Source: Mobula hypostoma (lineage: Eukaryota). From it: a stretch of DNA of 64,000 nt. Shown piece by piece: positions 1 to 13,457 of this stretch. The stretch covers positions 227,666,001 to 227,730,000 of the forward strand of contig NC_086097.1 in the NCBI RefSeq assembly GCF_963921235.1, read 5' to 3'. The translations under genes were made by a program, and so were the position numbers. The notes under the pieces are model-generated. The model saw only the letters and a list, made by a program, of their open reading frames with translations, did not search any database and was not told the origin of the DNA. The stretch's first letter is position 1. Every line of letters starts with the position of its first letter.

Positions 1-930
1 GAATGCATGGGGATCATGAGTAAACAGCCCTTCAAATCCAGCCACAAATTCTCAATTGGATTGAGATCTGGACTCTGACTTGGCCTCTCCAGGGCATTAA
101 CTTTGTTGTTTTGAAGCCATTCCTGTGTAGCTTTGGCTTTATGCTGGGGTCATTACCTTGCCGGAGAACAGATCTTCTCCCAAGTTGCAGTACTCTTGCA
201 GACTGTATCAGGTTTTCCTCCAGGATTTCCCTGTATTTTGCTACATTCATTTTACCCTCTACCTTCACAAGCCTTCCAGAGCCTGCCACAGTGAAGCAAC
301 CCCACAGCATGATGCAGCCACCACCACACTTCATGGTAGGAATGGTGCGTTTTTGATGATGTGCAGTTTTTGGCTTACACCAAACATAACGTTTAGTCTG
401 ATGGCCATAAAGCTCAATTTTGGTTTCATCAGACCATAGAACCTTCTTCCAGCTGACCAGGATCTCCCACATGCCTTCTGGCAAACTCTAGCTAAGAATT
501 CATGTGATTTCTTTTTTTCGACAGTGGCTTTCTCTTTGCCAGTCTCCTATAAAGCTGTGACTGGTGAAGCACTCGGGCAACAGTTGTATTCACAGTCTCT
601 CCCATCTCAATTACTGAAGCTTGCAGCTCCTCCAGAGTTGTCATAGGTCTATTGGTGGCCTCCCTCACCCCCCTTCTTGCACGGTCACTCAGTTTTTGAT
701 GACGGCCTGCTCTAGGCATATTTACAACTGTGCCATATTCTTTCCATTTCTTGATGATTGACTGAACTGTACTCCAAGGGATATTCAGTGACTTGGAAAT
801 GTTCTTGTATCCATCTCCTGACTTGTGGTTTTCAATAACCTTTTTGCAGAGATGATTGGAGTGTTTTTCTTTTCTTCATTGTGTAGTTTTTGCCAGGATA
901 CTGACTCACCAGTGGTTGTACCTTCCAGAT
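1..930 (-). mobile_element. Tc1/mariner DNA transposon, transposase part (frameshifted; runs off window start)
   Basis: ORF 32-484 has Tc1 catalytic motifs (VLWSDETKIEL, GGGCIMLWGCF, QGNDP); ORF 492-719 resembles the Tc1/Tc3 DNA-binding region (GRHQKLS...TTLEELQ...AKRKPL). Confidence 0.93.
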
Positions 931-3900
931 AAGACCATAAGACCATAAGATCATAAGACATAGGAGCAGAATTAGGCTATTTGGCCCATCGATTCTGCTC
1001 CACCATTCAATCATGGCATATCCTTTTTTTTCTTCTCCTCAACCCCATTTCCTGGCCTTCCTCCTGTAACCCTTGATGCCATGTCCAGTCAAGAACTTAA
1101 CAATGTCTGCCTTAAATACACCCAATGACCTGGCCTCCACAGCTGGATGTAGCAACAAATTCCACAAAATCACCACCGTCTGGCTAAAGAAATTTCTCCG
1201 CTTCTCTGTTATGAATGGACGCCCCTCTATCCTGAGGCTGTGCCCTCTTGTCCTAGACTCTCACACCATGAGAGACATCTTTTCCACATCTAGTCTGTCT
1301 AGACCACGGGCGGCCAACCTTTTACATTCCATGTGTCAATTTTTTCACTCATGAGTTCAGATGCACCATACAACTCTTGTATCCCCATTCAATTCTTGTA
1401 AAAATATGTTAATATAGAACTCCTGCATGAAAAAATCACACCTGAACTCGTGCGTGAAAAAATTGATGCATGGAATGTAAAAGGTTGGCCACCCCTGGTC
1501 TACGCCTTTCAACATTCAAACCATTTCAATGAGGTCCCCCTTCGTCCTTTCTAAGTTCCAGCGAGTACAGACCCAGAGCCATCAAACGTTCCTCATATAA
1601 TAACCCTTTAACTTCTGGAATTATCCTGGTTACCTCCTCTGGACCCTCTCCAATGCCAGCATATTTCTTCTAAGATGAGGAGCCCAAAATTCTTCACAAT
1701 ACTTAAGGTGAGGCCTCACCAGTGCCTTATAAGGCCTCAGCTTCACATCCCTGCTCTTGTATTCAGGACCTCTTGAAATGAATGCTAACATTGCATTTGC
1801 CTTTCTCACCACCTTTAGGGTGTTCTGCACAAGGACACCCAAGCTCCTTTGCATCTCGAATTTTTGGATTTTCTCCCTGCTTAGGAAATAGTCTGCATAT
1901 TTATTTCTACTACCAAAGTGCATGACCATGAATTTTCCAGCATTATATTTCATTTGCCACTATCTTGCCCATTCTCCTAATCTGTCTAAGTCCTTCTGCA
2001 TCCTGCCTGCTTCCTCAACACTACCTGCCCCTCCACCAATCTTTGTATCATCTGCAAACTTGGCATCAAAGACATCTATTCCATCATCTAAATCATTTAT
2101 ATACAGCATAAAAAGAAGTGGTCCCAACATCAACCCCTGTGCAAAACCAATAGTCACTGCCAGCCAACCAGACAAGAATCCTTTAATTCCCACTCACTGT
2201 TAGTTCCAATCAGCCAATGCATCTTAGTAGCTTTCCTGTAATACCATGTGCTCTTAACTTGGTAAGCAGCCTCATGGTGTAGCACCTTGCAAAGGCCTTC
2301 TGAATGTCCAAATATACAGCATCCCCTTTATCTATGCTACTTGTAATCTCCTCAAAGAATTCCAACAGGTTCATCAGGGAGGATTTTCCCTTAAGGAAAC
2401 CATGCTGATTTTGTCTTATCTTGTTCTGTGTCACCAAGTACTCCACTACCTCAACCTTAACAAATGACTCTAACATTGTCCCAACTACTGAGGTCAGGCA
2501 AACTTGTCTATAATTTCTTTTCTGCTGCCTTCCTCTTTTCTTAAAGAGTGGAGTGACATTTGCAATTTTCCAGTCCTCTGGCACCATGCCAGAGCCCAAT
2601 GCTTTTTCAAAGATCATTGGTAATGCCGCTATAAATTTTAGTGCTAACGCTTTCAGAACCCGAGGGTGCAGTTCATCTGGTCCAGATGATTTATGTACCC
2701 TTAGGTCCTTTTCAGCTTTTTGAGCACCTTCTCCCTTGTAATAGTAACTGCACCCACTTCTCTTCCTTCACACACTACAACATCTGGCACGCGGCTAACA
2801 TCTTCCACAGTGAAGACTGATGCAAAATACTCATTTAGTTCATCTGCCATCTCTTTGTCCCTGTTATTATTTCTGCAGCCTCATTTCCTAGCACTCCTAT
2901 ATCCACTCTCATCTCTCTTTTATTTTTTACATACTTGAAAAAGCTTTTACCATCTACTTTGATATTATTTGCTAGCTTGCTTTCATATTTCATCTTTTCC
3001 CTTCTAATGATTCTTTTAGTTGCTCTCTGGAGGTTTTTAGAAACTTCTTAATTCTCTATCTTCCCACTAATTTTTGCTGTGTCGTATGCCCTACCTTTTG
3101 TTTTTACATTACCTTTGACTTCCCTTGTCAGCCACGGTTGTACTATTTTACCATTTGAGTATTTCTTCATTTTTGGAATACACATGTCCTGCACCTTCCT
3201 CATTTTCCCCAGAAAATCACGCCATTGCTGCCCTGCTGACATTCCTGACAGCAGCTCCTTCCAATTTACTTTGGCCAACTCCTTTCTCATACCGCTGTAA
3301 TTTCCCTTACTCCACTGAAATACTGCTACATTAAACTTTACTTTCTCCCTATCAAATTTCAAGTTGAACTTAATTATATTGTGATCATTGGTTCCTAAGG
3401 GTTCTTTCACCTTCGGCTCCCTAATCACCTCCAGTTTATTACGTAACACCCAATCCAGTATAGCTGATCCCTAATGACAAACTGCTCTTAAAAAGCTATC
3501 TCTTAGGCATTCAACAAACTCACTCTCTTGAGATCCATTACCAACCTAATTTTCCTAATCAACCTGCATGTTAAAATCTTCCATGACGTTGTCCTTTTGA
3601 CTTGCCTTTTCTATTTCCTGTGGTAATCTGTGGTCCACCTCCCAGCCACTGTTAGGGGGCCTGTATATAACTGCCATCAGGGTCCTTTTACCCTTGCACT
3701 TTCTTAACTCAACCCACAGAAGTTCAACATCTTCTGATCCTATGTCACGTCTTTCTACAGATTTAATGCCATTCTTTACCAATAGAGCCATGCCTCCCCC
3801 TCTGCCTACCTTCCTACCCCTCCGATACAACGTGTAACCCTGGACATTCAGCTCCCAACTACAAGCATCCTTCACCCATAATTCAGTGATGGCCACATCG

Positions 3901-5265
3901 TACCTGACAACAATCTATATTAGTGCAACAAATCATCCACCTAATTTCTTATACTCTGCTCATTGAGATACAACACCTTGAGTACCATTTTTGATTTGAT
4001 ACTCACCCTGCTGGCTGCAACTGTGTCCCATCATCTGCTTGCCCTTCCTGACAGTCTGACTGCATACTATCTTTACTTTTTTACCATCTGTCCTTTCCTG
4101 AGTCTCTTCAGTCCAGTTCCCACCCCACTGCCAAATTAGTTTAAACCTTCCTCAACAGCTTCTAACAAATCTGCCCATGAGAATATTGGTCCCCCTCAGT
4201 TTCAGGTGCAACCTGTCCCTTTCGTCCAGGTCATACCTCCCCCAGAAGAGATCCTAATGATCCAAGAACCTGAAGCCCTGCCCCCTGCACCAGCTTCTCA
4301 GCCACACATTTATCTGCCAAATCATCCTGTTTCTACCCCCACTGGCACGTGGCACATGCAACAATCCAGAAATTACTACCCTGGAGATCTTGCTTCTCAG
4401 CTTTCAACCTAGCTCTCTAAATTCTCCTTTCAGGACCTCTTTGCTTTTCCTTATTGGTACCAATATGTACCAAAACATCTGGCTGCTCTCACTCCCTCTT
4501 CAAAATGTTGTGGACGCAATTCGAGACGTCCCTGACCCTGGCACGTGGGAGGCAACATACCATCCGGGTGTCAGTTCATGTCCACAGAATCTCCTGTCTG
4601 TTCCCCTCACTACTGAGTCCCCTATCACTATCACTCCCTTCTTCCCTTTCTTTCCCTTCAGCACCACAGACTCATGCTCAATGACTGTAACCTGGTCCCA
4701 GTGGCATTTCCCCAGGAGGTCATCCCCCACAATAGTATCCAAAGCGGTGTACTTATTATTGAGAGGAATGGCCACAGATGTGCTCTTCTCTAACTGCCTA
4801 TTCACATTTCCATTCCCCCTGACAGTCACCCAGCTACTCGCCTTCTGCAACTTCAGGGTGACTACTTCCCTGTAACTCTGATCGGTTATCTCCTCACTCT
4901 CCCGTACAAGCCAAAGGTCATCCAGCTACTGCTCCTGATCCCTGCCGCGGTCTTCAAGGAGCTACAGCCAGATGCACTTCACACAGATGTTGTTCTTTGG
5001 GAGACTCTGGGTCTCCCAGGTCTCCAACATACGGCATAAAGAACACATTTACTATTCCAGGTACAGTAAGAGAAAATTAGAAAGGAAACCTTAACAGAAG
5101 CTTACCCCGAGCCAACGCCTCTACTGAGCTGAAGCCCTTTGAGCCAAAGCCTGGCGCTTCTGTTCTCACCACTGGCCCACTCCCAATAATGGCCGCCCTG
5201 CCTGCCCTGCTGTACTTCTACTTAGTTTGCAGTGGTCTGCTCCCACCGCTGATAGGCCCTCTGCA
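931..5265 (-). mobile_element. Near full-length degenerate CR1 LINE (ORF1 esterase, APE endonuclease, RT) inserted in the Tc1
   Basis: Short-repeat 3' tail (AGACCATA)n at 931-960; RT motifs AQGLMLGPLLF/FADDTK (1960-2193), QHGFLKGKS/VYLDIQKAF (2210-2617); endonuclease motifs ITELW, GRGGG, IYRPP, EDFN (3555-3896) and LGTNDHN (3048-3449); ORF1 GDSVVRGTDRRFC (4500-4850). Confidence 0.95.
1305..1497. mobile_element. hAT (Charlie-like) MITE inside the CR1
   Basis: ~59-bp terminal inverted repeats (CACGGGCGGCCAACCTTTTACATTCC... / ...GGAATGTAAAAGGTTGGCCACCCCTG); 8-bp flanks GTCTAGAC (1297-1304) and GTCTACGC (1498-1505), matching the hAT TSD size and the Charlie NTCTAGAN preference. Confidence 0.9.
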
Positions 5266-5622
5266 ATACACGAGTATTTTTACTACAATCATTTGAAACA
5301 CCTTAACTGCACACAGGTCTCCAAAAACAGATCTCCATTTAACTAATTACGTGACTTCTGAAAACAACTGGCTGCACTCATGATGATTTGGTGTGCCATA
5401 TTAAAGGGGGTGGGGGAATACTTATGCAATCTATGATTTTGTGTTTTATATTTGTAATTAATTTAGATCACTTTATACAGATCTGTTTTCACTTTGACAT
5501 GAAAGAGTCTTTTTCTCTTCTTCAGTGTCAAAAAAGCCAAATTACATCCATTGTGATTCAATGTTGTAAAACAATAAGACATGAAAACTTCAAAAGGGGA
5601 TGAATACTTTCTCTAGGCACTA
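5266..5622 (-). mobile_element. Tc1 5' non-coding end with terminal inverted repeat (continuation of 1-930)
   Basis: Ends ...GGGGATGAATACTTTCTCTAGGCACTA-TA, the reverse complement of a Tc1-type CAGTGCC...AAAGTATTCA terminus plus TA target. Confidence 0.8.
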
Positions 5623-5679
5623 TATATCAGTTAAGATCTTATTTCTAATTCTTGCAAATTCGATTTGCGTTTAAATTAT

Positions 5680-6330
5680 AAGACCATAGACTTGGGAGCA
5701 GCATTTGGCCATTAAGTCTGCTTTGTCACTTGATAATGATTGATTATACAGTTGTACAATGGTTAACACAGCACCAATAGCCAGGGTTCATTTCTCGTGG
5801 CTGTCTGTAAGGAGTTTGTACGTTCTCCCCGTGACCACATAGTTTTCCTCTGAGTGCTCCAATTCCCTTCCACATTCCAAAGATGTATGGGTTAGTAAAT
5901 TGTGGTCATGCTATGTTGGAGCTGGAAACATGGTGTCACTAGCAGCTCATCCCTGGACAGTGTTGATCGTTGACACAAATGAGATATTTTATTGTATGTT
6001 TCGATGTTTCAATGTATATGTGACAAATAAAGCCAATCTTTCTTACTTTCTCTCTCAACCCCATTGTCCTGCCTTCTCCTTATAATCTTTAACACCCTTA
6101 CTAATAAAGAACCTATCAACCTCCGTTTCAAATATTCCCAATGACGTGGCCTCCACAGCCATCTGTGCAATGAATTCCACAGATTTATCACCTTCTGGCT
6201 AAAGAAATTCCTCCTCATCTGTTTTCTAATGGGATGTCCTTCTATTCTGATCCTGTTTCTTCTGGTTCAAGACCCTCCCACTATTGGAAACATCCTCTTC
6301 TTATCCATTCTAACCAGACCTTTCAATGTA
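5680..6330 (-). mobile_element. CR1 3' fragment (interrupted by a SINE)
   Basis: AGACCATAGA tail at ~5681; ORF 6009-6218 RRNFFSQKVINLWNSL is the CR1 ORF2 C-terminus. Confidence 0.8.
5755..6040 (+). mobile_element. V-SINE (HE1-like)
   Basis: V-domain-like core GGAGTTTGTACGTTCTCCCCGTGACC...CCCACATTCCAAAGA after a B-box-like GGGTTCATTTC; AATAAA tail. Confidence 0.75.
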
Positions 6331-6411
6331 CATCCGATTTTAGCTTCTCCCTCTCAAACTGTAGGGAGAATTCTATCATAACATGATTACTGCCTCCTAA
6401 AGATTCTAAAG

Positions 6412-6466
6412 GTATGTATGTATGTGTATGTATGTATTTATTTATTTATTTATCTATCTATCTATC
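6412..6466. repeat. Compound tetranucleotide microsatellite (TATG/TATT/TATC)
   Basis: Directly visible; abuts the 3' tail of the following SINE. Confidence 0.9.
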
Positions 6467-6745
6467 GAGATACAGCACAGAATAGCTCCTTTAAGCTCTG
6501 AGCCACACCACCCAGCAATCCCCTGGTTTAACCCTAGCCTAATTACAGGACAATTTTTACTACAACCAATTAACCAAATAACTGTTATGGTTTTGGTATG
6601 TGGGAGGAAACTGGAACACTGGAGAAAATGCACACATTCCTCGGGGAGGATGTACAGATTCCTTACAGATAACACAGGAACTGACCTCCGAACTTCAAAC
6701 CCCCAAGCTGTAATAGAGTTGCACTAGCCACTACACTAGCGTAGT
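6467..6745 (-). mobile_element. V-SINE (HE1-like)
   Basis: TGTGGGAGGAAACTGGAACACTGGAGAAAA...GATGTACAGATTCCTTACAGA is the reverse complement of the V-domain core. Confidence 0.7.
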
Positions 6746-6939
6746 GACCTCCCCCCCCCCCCACCAACTTCTGTACTCATCAAGCTTTGTTTCAATTTTG
6801 TCTCTGTGTTGCCTGAAGTTAGGTTCTTTTCCCTTTCTAAATTTGTTTTATTCTTTGTTCTGGAGACTTCAGTAACCTCTCTTGCACTTCCTTTCCCTTT
6901 ACATAATCCATACTTTTTCCAAGCTATTGAAACCACTCC

Positions 6940-7660
6940 TATACAATTTATTTAAAGTGCTATCCACTGACCCAGTTAGATGATTTGCCAAGACACTGGC
7001 CATGAACCACTGAACATGGTTCAGGTGGACCCTATCCCATCAGAACATCTCCCACCTTTTCCAATACTGATGTTATTGTCCCTCAAATTCAAACCCACTT
7101 CTCGCATATCAATCTTTGAACCTCATATTTAACCCTCTCATCTTACTAACCATGTGCAGATTTGCACTTGGCTCAAAATCATCCAGATTTTATTAACTTT
7201 TTGGTTTGCATTTCAATTTACCCCTAGTTGTTCAAATTCACTCAGCAGAACATCTTTTCTTGTTCTTTCCTACATCATTGGTACCCACATGGACCACAAT
7301 CTTCCTCTTCCCACTCCAAATTCGTTTGCAGGTCAGAAGAGATGTCCCGAACCTAGACACCAGGCAGGCAACACAGCCTTTGAGACTTATAATCCCTGCA
7401 ACCAAGAATTGTGTCTATTCCTCCGACCATACTATCCCCAATTACAACTACATTTCCCTTCTCTCTCCACCTCTTGAATTGCTCCCTGAACCACAGTGCA
7501 ATGGTTCAGTTGGCCATCCGTCCCACAGTCCCCACTCTCATCCTCGCATGGAACAACAATATCAGACCTGCTGCACAAGATCAAGGGCTGAGGCTCCTCC
7601 AGCACCACTCCTTGGAGCCCCCTTCCTGCCTGACTGGCAGTCCCAGGCCAGGTCATTCCA
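6940..7660 (-). mobile_element. Old CR1 ORF1 (esterase region) remnant
   Basis: Resembles 4100-4700 by eye (CATTGGTACCCACATGGACC reads VHVGTND on the minus strand; GATGTCCCGAACCTAGACACCAGGCAGGCAAC). Confidence 0.65.
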
Positions 7661-8204
7661 CAATCCGTACAATATTACTGGTGTAATAAATATGAATGTA
7701 TATTAAAGAACTGAATGTATGAAATAGCCTAACTCTGATTCGTTCTTGTACCAGACACTGCTGTCATTTGAGAGTTACTGTCCGCAGTAAAGGATATTCT
7801 GCGAATAACTACCTCTGTTTATTTTATTCTTTGCAAACTGCAACATTAAATAACAAACAGGGACAACATTCATGAATGCTGTTGATCAGCACAAGGACAT
7901 AATTTATTGATTTCAAAACTGACAACTAAAAACTCAAGGACTCTTACTTTAAGTAGAATTGGAGCCATGAAAGATTCCCCAGAAAATTCTCTGCAATGAA
8001 TGATAAAACTAGGAAAGCCTAAGAGGCAGAAACAGAGGCCAATAAATTGTTCTTTGTGCTTCTGCAATTCGTCTGTAGAATTAATTTTACTCAGTGCATA
8101 CTTCTTTAAAAATGCGCAAATAAAGGCACTTATACCAGAGGATATGGAAGTAAGATAGTAGTTCTGACCAGTACCTGTGCTTCATGGGAGCCTTAGAGTC
8201 CAAG

Positions 8205-11200
8205 TGTCGTAGAACACTACAGTCCATACGGAACAATTTATCTGCCTAGTCCATTGATCTGCACCCAGACCATAGCCCTCCATATCTTCTCATCCATGTA
8301 CCTGTGCAAATTCCTCTTTAATGTTGAATTCAAACCCACATCTACCATTTCCACTGGCAGATCATTCCACACTCTCACCACCCTCTGAGTGAAGAAGTTC
8401 CCCCTCATGTCCCCCTTAAACATTTCACCTTTCAACCTTAGCTTCTAGTTGTAGTATTTCCCAACCCTAGAGGAAAAAAAACTGCTTGCATTAACTCTTT
8501 CTATACTCTTGACAGTTTTGTATAACTCCATCAAATTTTCTTTCATTTTTCTACGCTGTATGCAATAAAGTCCTAACCTATTCAACCTTTCCATATTAAT
8601 CGGATCTTCCAGTCCCGGCAACATCTTTGTAAATTTTCTCTGCACTCTTTCTATCTTATTGATATATGTCCTATAGGTAGGTGACCAAAACAGCACACAA
8701 AACTTTAAACTTTAAATTAGGCGTCACCAATGTCTTATATGTAACTGGAGCTCCTGTATTCAGTACTTTGATTTATGAAGGTCAATGTGCCTTCTGATCC
8801 TATCTATCTATTTCAAAGAATTGTGGATCTTTAATTTCAGATCCCTCTGTTCTACTGCACTCCTCAGTGCCCTACTGCTTACCATGTAAGTCCTACCCTG
8901 GTTTGTCCCCCCAAATGCCACACCTCATACTTGTCTGCATTATTTCAGCCCATTATTCCAGCTGGTGCAAACCCCTCTGCAAGCTTTAAGAGAATTCCTC
9001 TGTGTTCACTATGCCCCCAGTTGTGATGTCATCCACAGATTTGCTGATTCAGTTTACTACATTATCATCCAGAACAATGATATAAATGACAAACTGCAAC
9101 AGACCCAGTACAGATCCATGGAGCACATCACTAGTCACAGATCTCCAGTCAATGAGGCAACCATCTAGGCCCCCTCTGGTTTCTCCCTAAAATCCAAAGT
9201 CTAATCTAATGTACTACCTCATCTTGAATGCCAGGCACAGTACCTACTTGACCAACCTCCCACGCAGGACTTTGTCAAAGGCCTCACTAAAGTCCATGTA
9301 GGCAACATCCATTGCATTGCCTTCATCAGCTTTCCTGGTAATGTCCTCGAAAAATTCTATAAGACCGGTTAGATATGACTACCAAGCACAAAGCCATGTT
9401 AACTATCCCTTATCGGTCCCTGTCTATCCAAATACTTATATATCCGGTTGCTTATTGAATACCTTCCAAAAACATAATCAATATTCATATCAGGCTCACC
9501 AGCCTATAATTTTATTGCTTATCCTTAGAGCCTTTCTTGAACAACAGACCAAAATTAGCTATGCTCCAAACGTCCGGCATTCACCCGTGGCTTAGGATGT
9601 TTTAAATATCTCTGCTAGGCACCTAGAATTTTTACACTTGCCTCCCACAAGGTCCGAGGGAACACCATGTTAGACCTTAATCGTCTTCAAGACAGCAAAC
9701 ATTTCCTCCTCTTTAATCTGTGTACGGTCCATGTCCACACTGCTGCTTTGATTCACTTCTGTAGACTCTGTGTCCAACTCCCGAGTAAATATGGCTGCCA
9801 AAAATATCCATTTTATATCACTCCCATCTCTTTTGGCTCCATGCATAGATGAGAAGTCTTATGTTCCAGAAGACAGATTTTGTTGCTTACTATCCTTTTG
9901 TTCATAACATATCTGTAGAAGCTGTTGGGATTCTCCTTCATTTTGTATGCTAGAGCAGCCTCATGCCTTCTTTTAGCTCTCCTGATTTCCTTCTTAAGTG
10001 TTCTCTTGCATTTCTTATACTCCTCAAGTACCTCATTGCTCCTTCTTGTTTATTCCTGCTAAGTATCTCCTCCTTTTTCTTAACCAGGGCCTCAATGTTT
10101 TAACCAAGGTTCCCTTAACCTGTTATCCTCGCCTTTTTTCTGACAGGAACATACAAACTCTGTACTCTCAAAATTTCACTTTTGAAAGCTTCCCACTTAC
10201 CAAGTACACATTTGCAAGAAAACAACACGTTGCAGTCTACACTTGCCAGATCCTTTCTGATACCATCAAATTTGGCCTTTCTCCAATTTAGAATCTCAAC
10301 TGAGGATCAGTCCTATCTATATCCATAATTATCGTGAAACTAATGGCATTATGATCACAGGATGCAAAGTGTTACTTACATGAACTTCTGTCACCTGTAC
10401 ATCTCATTCTCTAATAGGAGATCTAGTGTCACAATCCCTTTAGTTGTGACCTCTCTGTACTGATTAAGGAAACTTCCCTGAACATATGTGACAAACTCAT
10501 ACCCATCCAGCCCTTTTACAGTATAGGAAACCCAGTTAATATATGGAAAGTTATTAACACCTATGATTACAACCTTATCTTTCTTGTAACAGACTTCAAC
10601 CTGCCTACAAATTTGTTCCTCTAAATCCTGCAGAATGTTGGGTGGTCTATAATATACATTATACTTTATACTTTATTGTCACCAAACAATTGATACTAGA
10701 GCATACAATCATCACAGCGATATTTGATTCTGCTCTTCATGCTCCCATTAATGTGGTCATCTCTTCCTTATTCCTCAGTTCCACCCATATAGCCTCAGTA
10801 GATGAGTTCTCCAGTCTGTCCTGTTTGAGCACTGTCGTGACATTTTCCCTGCTACCCCTCCCCCTTTAATCCCTCCTGCTCCATCACATGAAAAACAAAG
10901 GAACCCTGGAGTACTGAGCTGCCAGTCCTGCCCCTCCTGCAACCAAGACTCACTAATGGCGACACTGTTATAGTTCCATGCTCTGATCATTGCCCTAAGC
11001 TCATCTGTCTTTCCCACAATACTCCTTTGCACTGAAAAATACACAACTCAGAACACTGGTCCCACTATGCTCAACCTTTCCATTCTTGACATCAAATGTA
11101 GGCTTAACAACATTTTTCTCCGCAACCATTCCATTATCTGCTCTGGCATTTCAGTTCCCATCCCCCTGCAACTCAAGTTTAGCCTCCCCTTCCCCCAACA

Positions 11201-12260
11201 CCATACAGCACTAGCAAACCTTCCCACAGGGGCATTAGTCCCCCTCTAGTTCAGGAGCAAGCCATCCCTTCTGTACAGGTCCTACCTTCTCTGAAAGAGA
11301 GCTTAATCATCTAAAAATATGAACCCCTCCTTCCTCCCTCTTACACCATCTCATTAGTCAGGTGTTAAGCTGTGTGATCTTCCTTTCTCTGGCTTCACTA
11401 GTTTATGGTATGGGTAGCAATCCTGAGATCACAACCCTGGAGGACTGCATCTTTTAACTTAGCACCCAACTCCCTGAACTCATTTTGCAGGACTTCATCC
11501 CCCACGTCATTGGTACCGATGGGGGCCTCTTGCTGCTCACCCTCCCAATTAAGAATGCTGTGGATCCAATCTGAGATGTCCTTGACCCTGGCACCTGTGA
11601 GGCAACATACCATCTGGGAATCTTGTTCTCATTCACAAATTCTTCTGTCTGCTGCCCTAACCATTAAATCCCCTATCATTACAGCTTGCCTCTTCGTCTC
11701 CCTTCATTTCTGACCAATGAGCCAGACTCAGTGCCAGAGACCTGACAGCTGTGGTTTTCCTCTGTGAGGTCATTTCGCACCCCACTCCCCAATCCAACGG
11801 TATCCAAAATGGTATAGCTGTTGTTAAGGGGAATGGCACAGTGGTACTCTGCACTGGCTGCCTATCCCTTTTCCCTCTCCTGACCGTCATCTAGTTCCCT
11901 GTGTCCTACGCCTTCAGTGTAACTATCTCCCTGTATGGCATGTTCTGTCGGTCAACCCCTTATCCTCCTGAATGATCCAGTTACAGCCTTAATTCCTTAA
12001 CATGGTCTGAAAGAAGCTGCAGCTGGATACCACGAGAGGATCATTCCACTATCCTGCCTGGGTCTACACTGCTCTAATTGTGCAATGAGAAAGAAATAAA
12101 GAAAAATTAACACAAAAAAAAACTTACCTACAGTCTTCACCTCCCTCACTGAAGCCTCTCTGAGCCAAAACTTGAACTCCCCTCTCCAACTCTAGCCCAC
12201 TCCCACAGTGGCCAACCCGCTTAAACCCAATTTATTTTTTATTAGCCCTTGCCAAGTGCT
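8205..12260 (-). mobile_element. Near full-length degenerate CR1 LINE
   Basis: ORF2 C-terminus GNFFTQRVVRVWNDLP (8238-8435), IERVQRKFTKML (8445-8696); endonuclease start VAISESWLQEG (10775-11044); ORF1 esterase CCLTGARVKDI...IGTNDV (11398-11613). Confidence 0.92.
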
Positions 12261-12529
12261 TAATTTTGCATAAGCTAATATCTTCTTGGGAAATGTGGCA
12301 CATCAAATGACCCGACTGCCCCCACTCACTTCTTTTGAACACTTATCCTGCTACACCACCCAACGTCTCCTCTGGAACTACTGGGCAAGAAAACTTTCCA
12401 GCAAACTTTGATTCTGTACCATATACAAGGGTCCATGACAAACAGCACATTCAAAGTGATGGCTTTTACTAAGACAGACTTACTAATGCAGCTCAGAACA
12501 CAGAGAAAAGTAGCACATAAGCAGCAGAT

Positions 12530-12820
12530 CTCCTGTCCCATTTGTGATACCACCAGGCTGAAGGATAGCTTCTGCCCCACTGTTATAAGGCTATTGAATT
12601 GACTTCTTGTACATTAAGATGGAGTTTTGACCTTAAAAGCATGATTTTCACCTCATTGTCTGCCTGCACTGCACTTTCTCTATAACATTCTATTTTTCAT
12701 TCTGTCACTGTTTTCCCTTGCACTGATGTGATGAAATAATCTACAAATGTATATGATGGTGTGCTAAACAAAGTTTTTCGCTATACCTTAGCACATGTGA
12801 CAATAATAAACCAACTTACC
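12530..12820 (+). mobile_element. Rex1/Babar-type LINE 3' end
   Basis: Encodes TTRLKDSFCPTVIRLLN* followed by a 3' UTR ending TGACAATAATAAAC plus short repeats. Confidence 0.7.
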
Positions 12821-13149
12821 AATTTAATTACGTCAGGTACCACAAAATTGCTATGGAAGCGTGTCATCCTTGTTTCCAAGGTACTATCTGAGAAGAAGAA
12901 AAAAAAGAATATTCAGGGCTCAAGGCACTAAACCTAAACACCAAAACTATTGTAATAAAAATGATGTACAATATGCTTTCCTTAATGCCTACTAGGCTTG
13001 CAAATTAACTTTCAGTGATATGTCTCTAAACACCAAAACCTTTCAATCTCTCACCACTTAAGCAAAAATTTACCTTTCAGTTTTATCAAGTATATGTCTT
13101 AATTTTCAAATTACTGTTTTCCATCTAACACATCTGTAGAGACCAAATC

Positions 13150-13457
13150 AAACAAAAACCAAAACCACAGCCTCAGAATTGAGGGGTGGCCCTTTAGAAT
13201 AGAGGTAAGGAAAATTTTTGTTTTTAGCCACAGAGTAGTGAATTTGTGGAATGCTCTGCCACAGACAGCTGTAGGGGCCAAGACTGTGGGTATATTTAAA
13301 GTGATAATTGATAGTTTTCCCATTGGTCAGGGCATCAAAAGTTATGGTGAGAAGGCAGGTGTATGGGGTTGTGTGGGATCCGGGTTCAGCCATGATGGAA
13401 TGGTGGAACAGACTCAATGGGCTGAATGGCCTAATTCTGCTCCTATGTCTTATGGTC
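13150..13457 (+). mobile_element. CR1 3' end
   Basis: RVVNLWNALPQTAV motif; terminal GAATGGCCTAATTCTGCTCCTATGTCTTATGGT. Confidence 0.85.
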
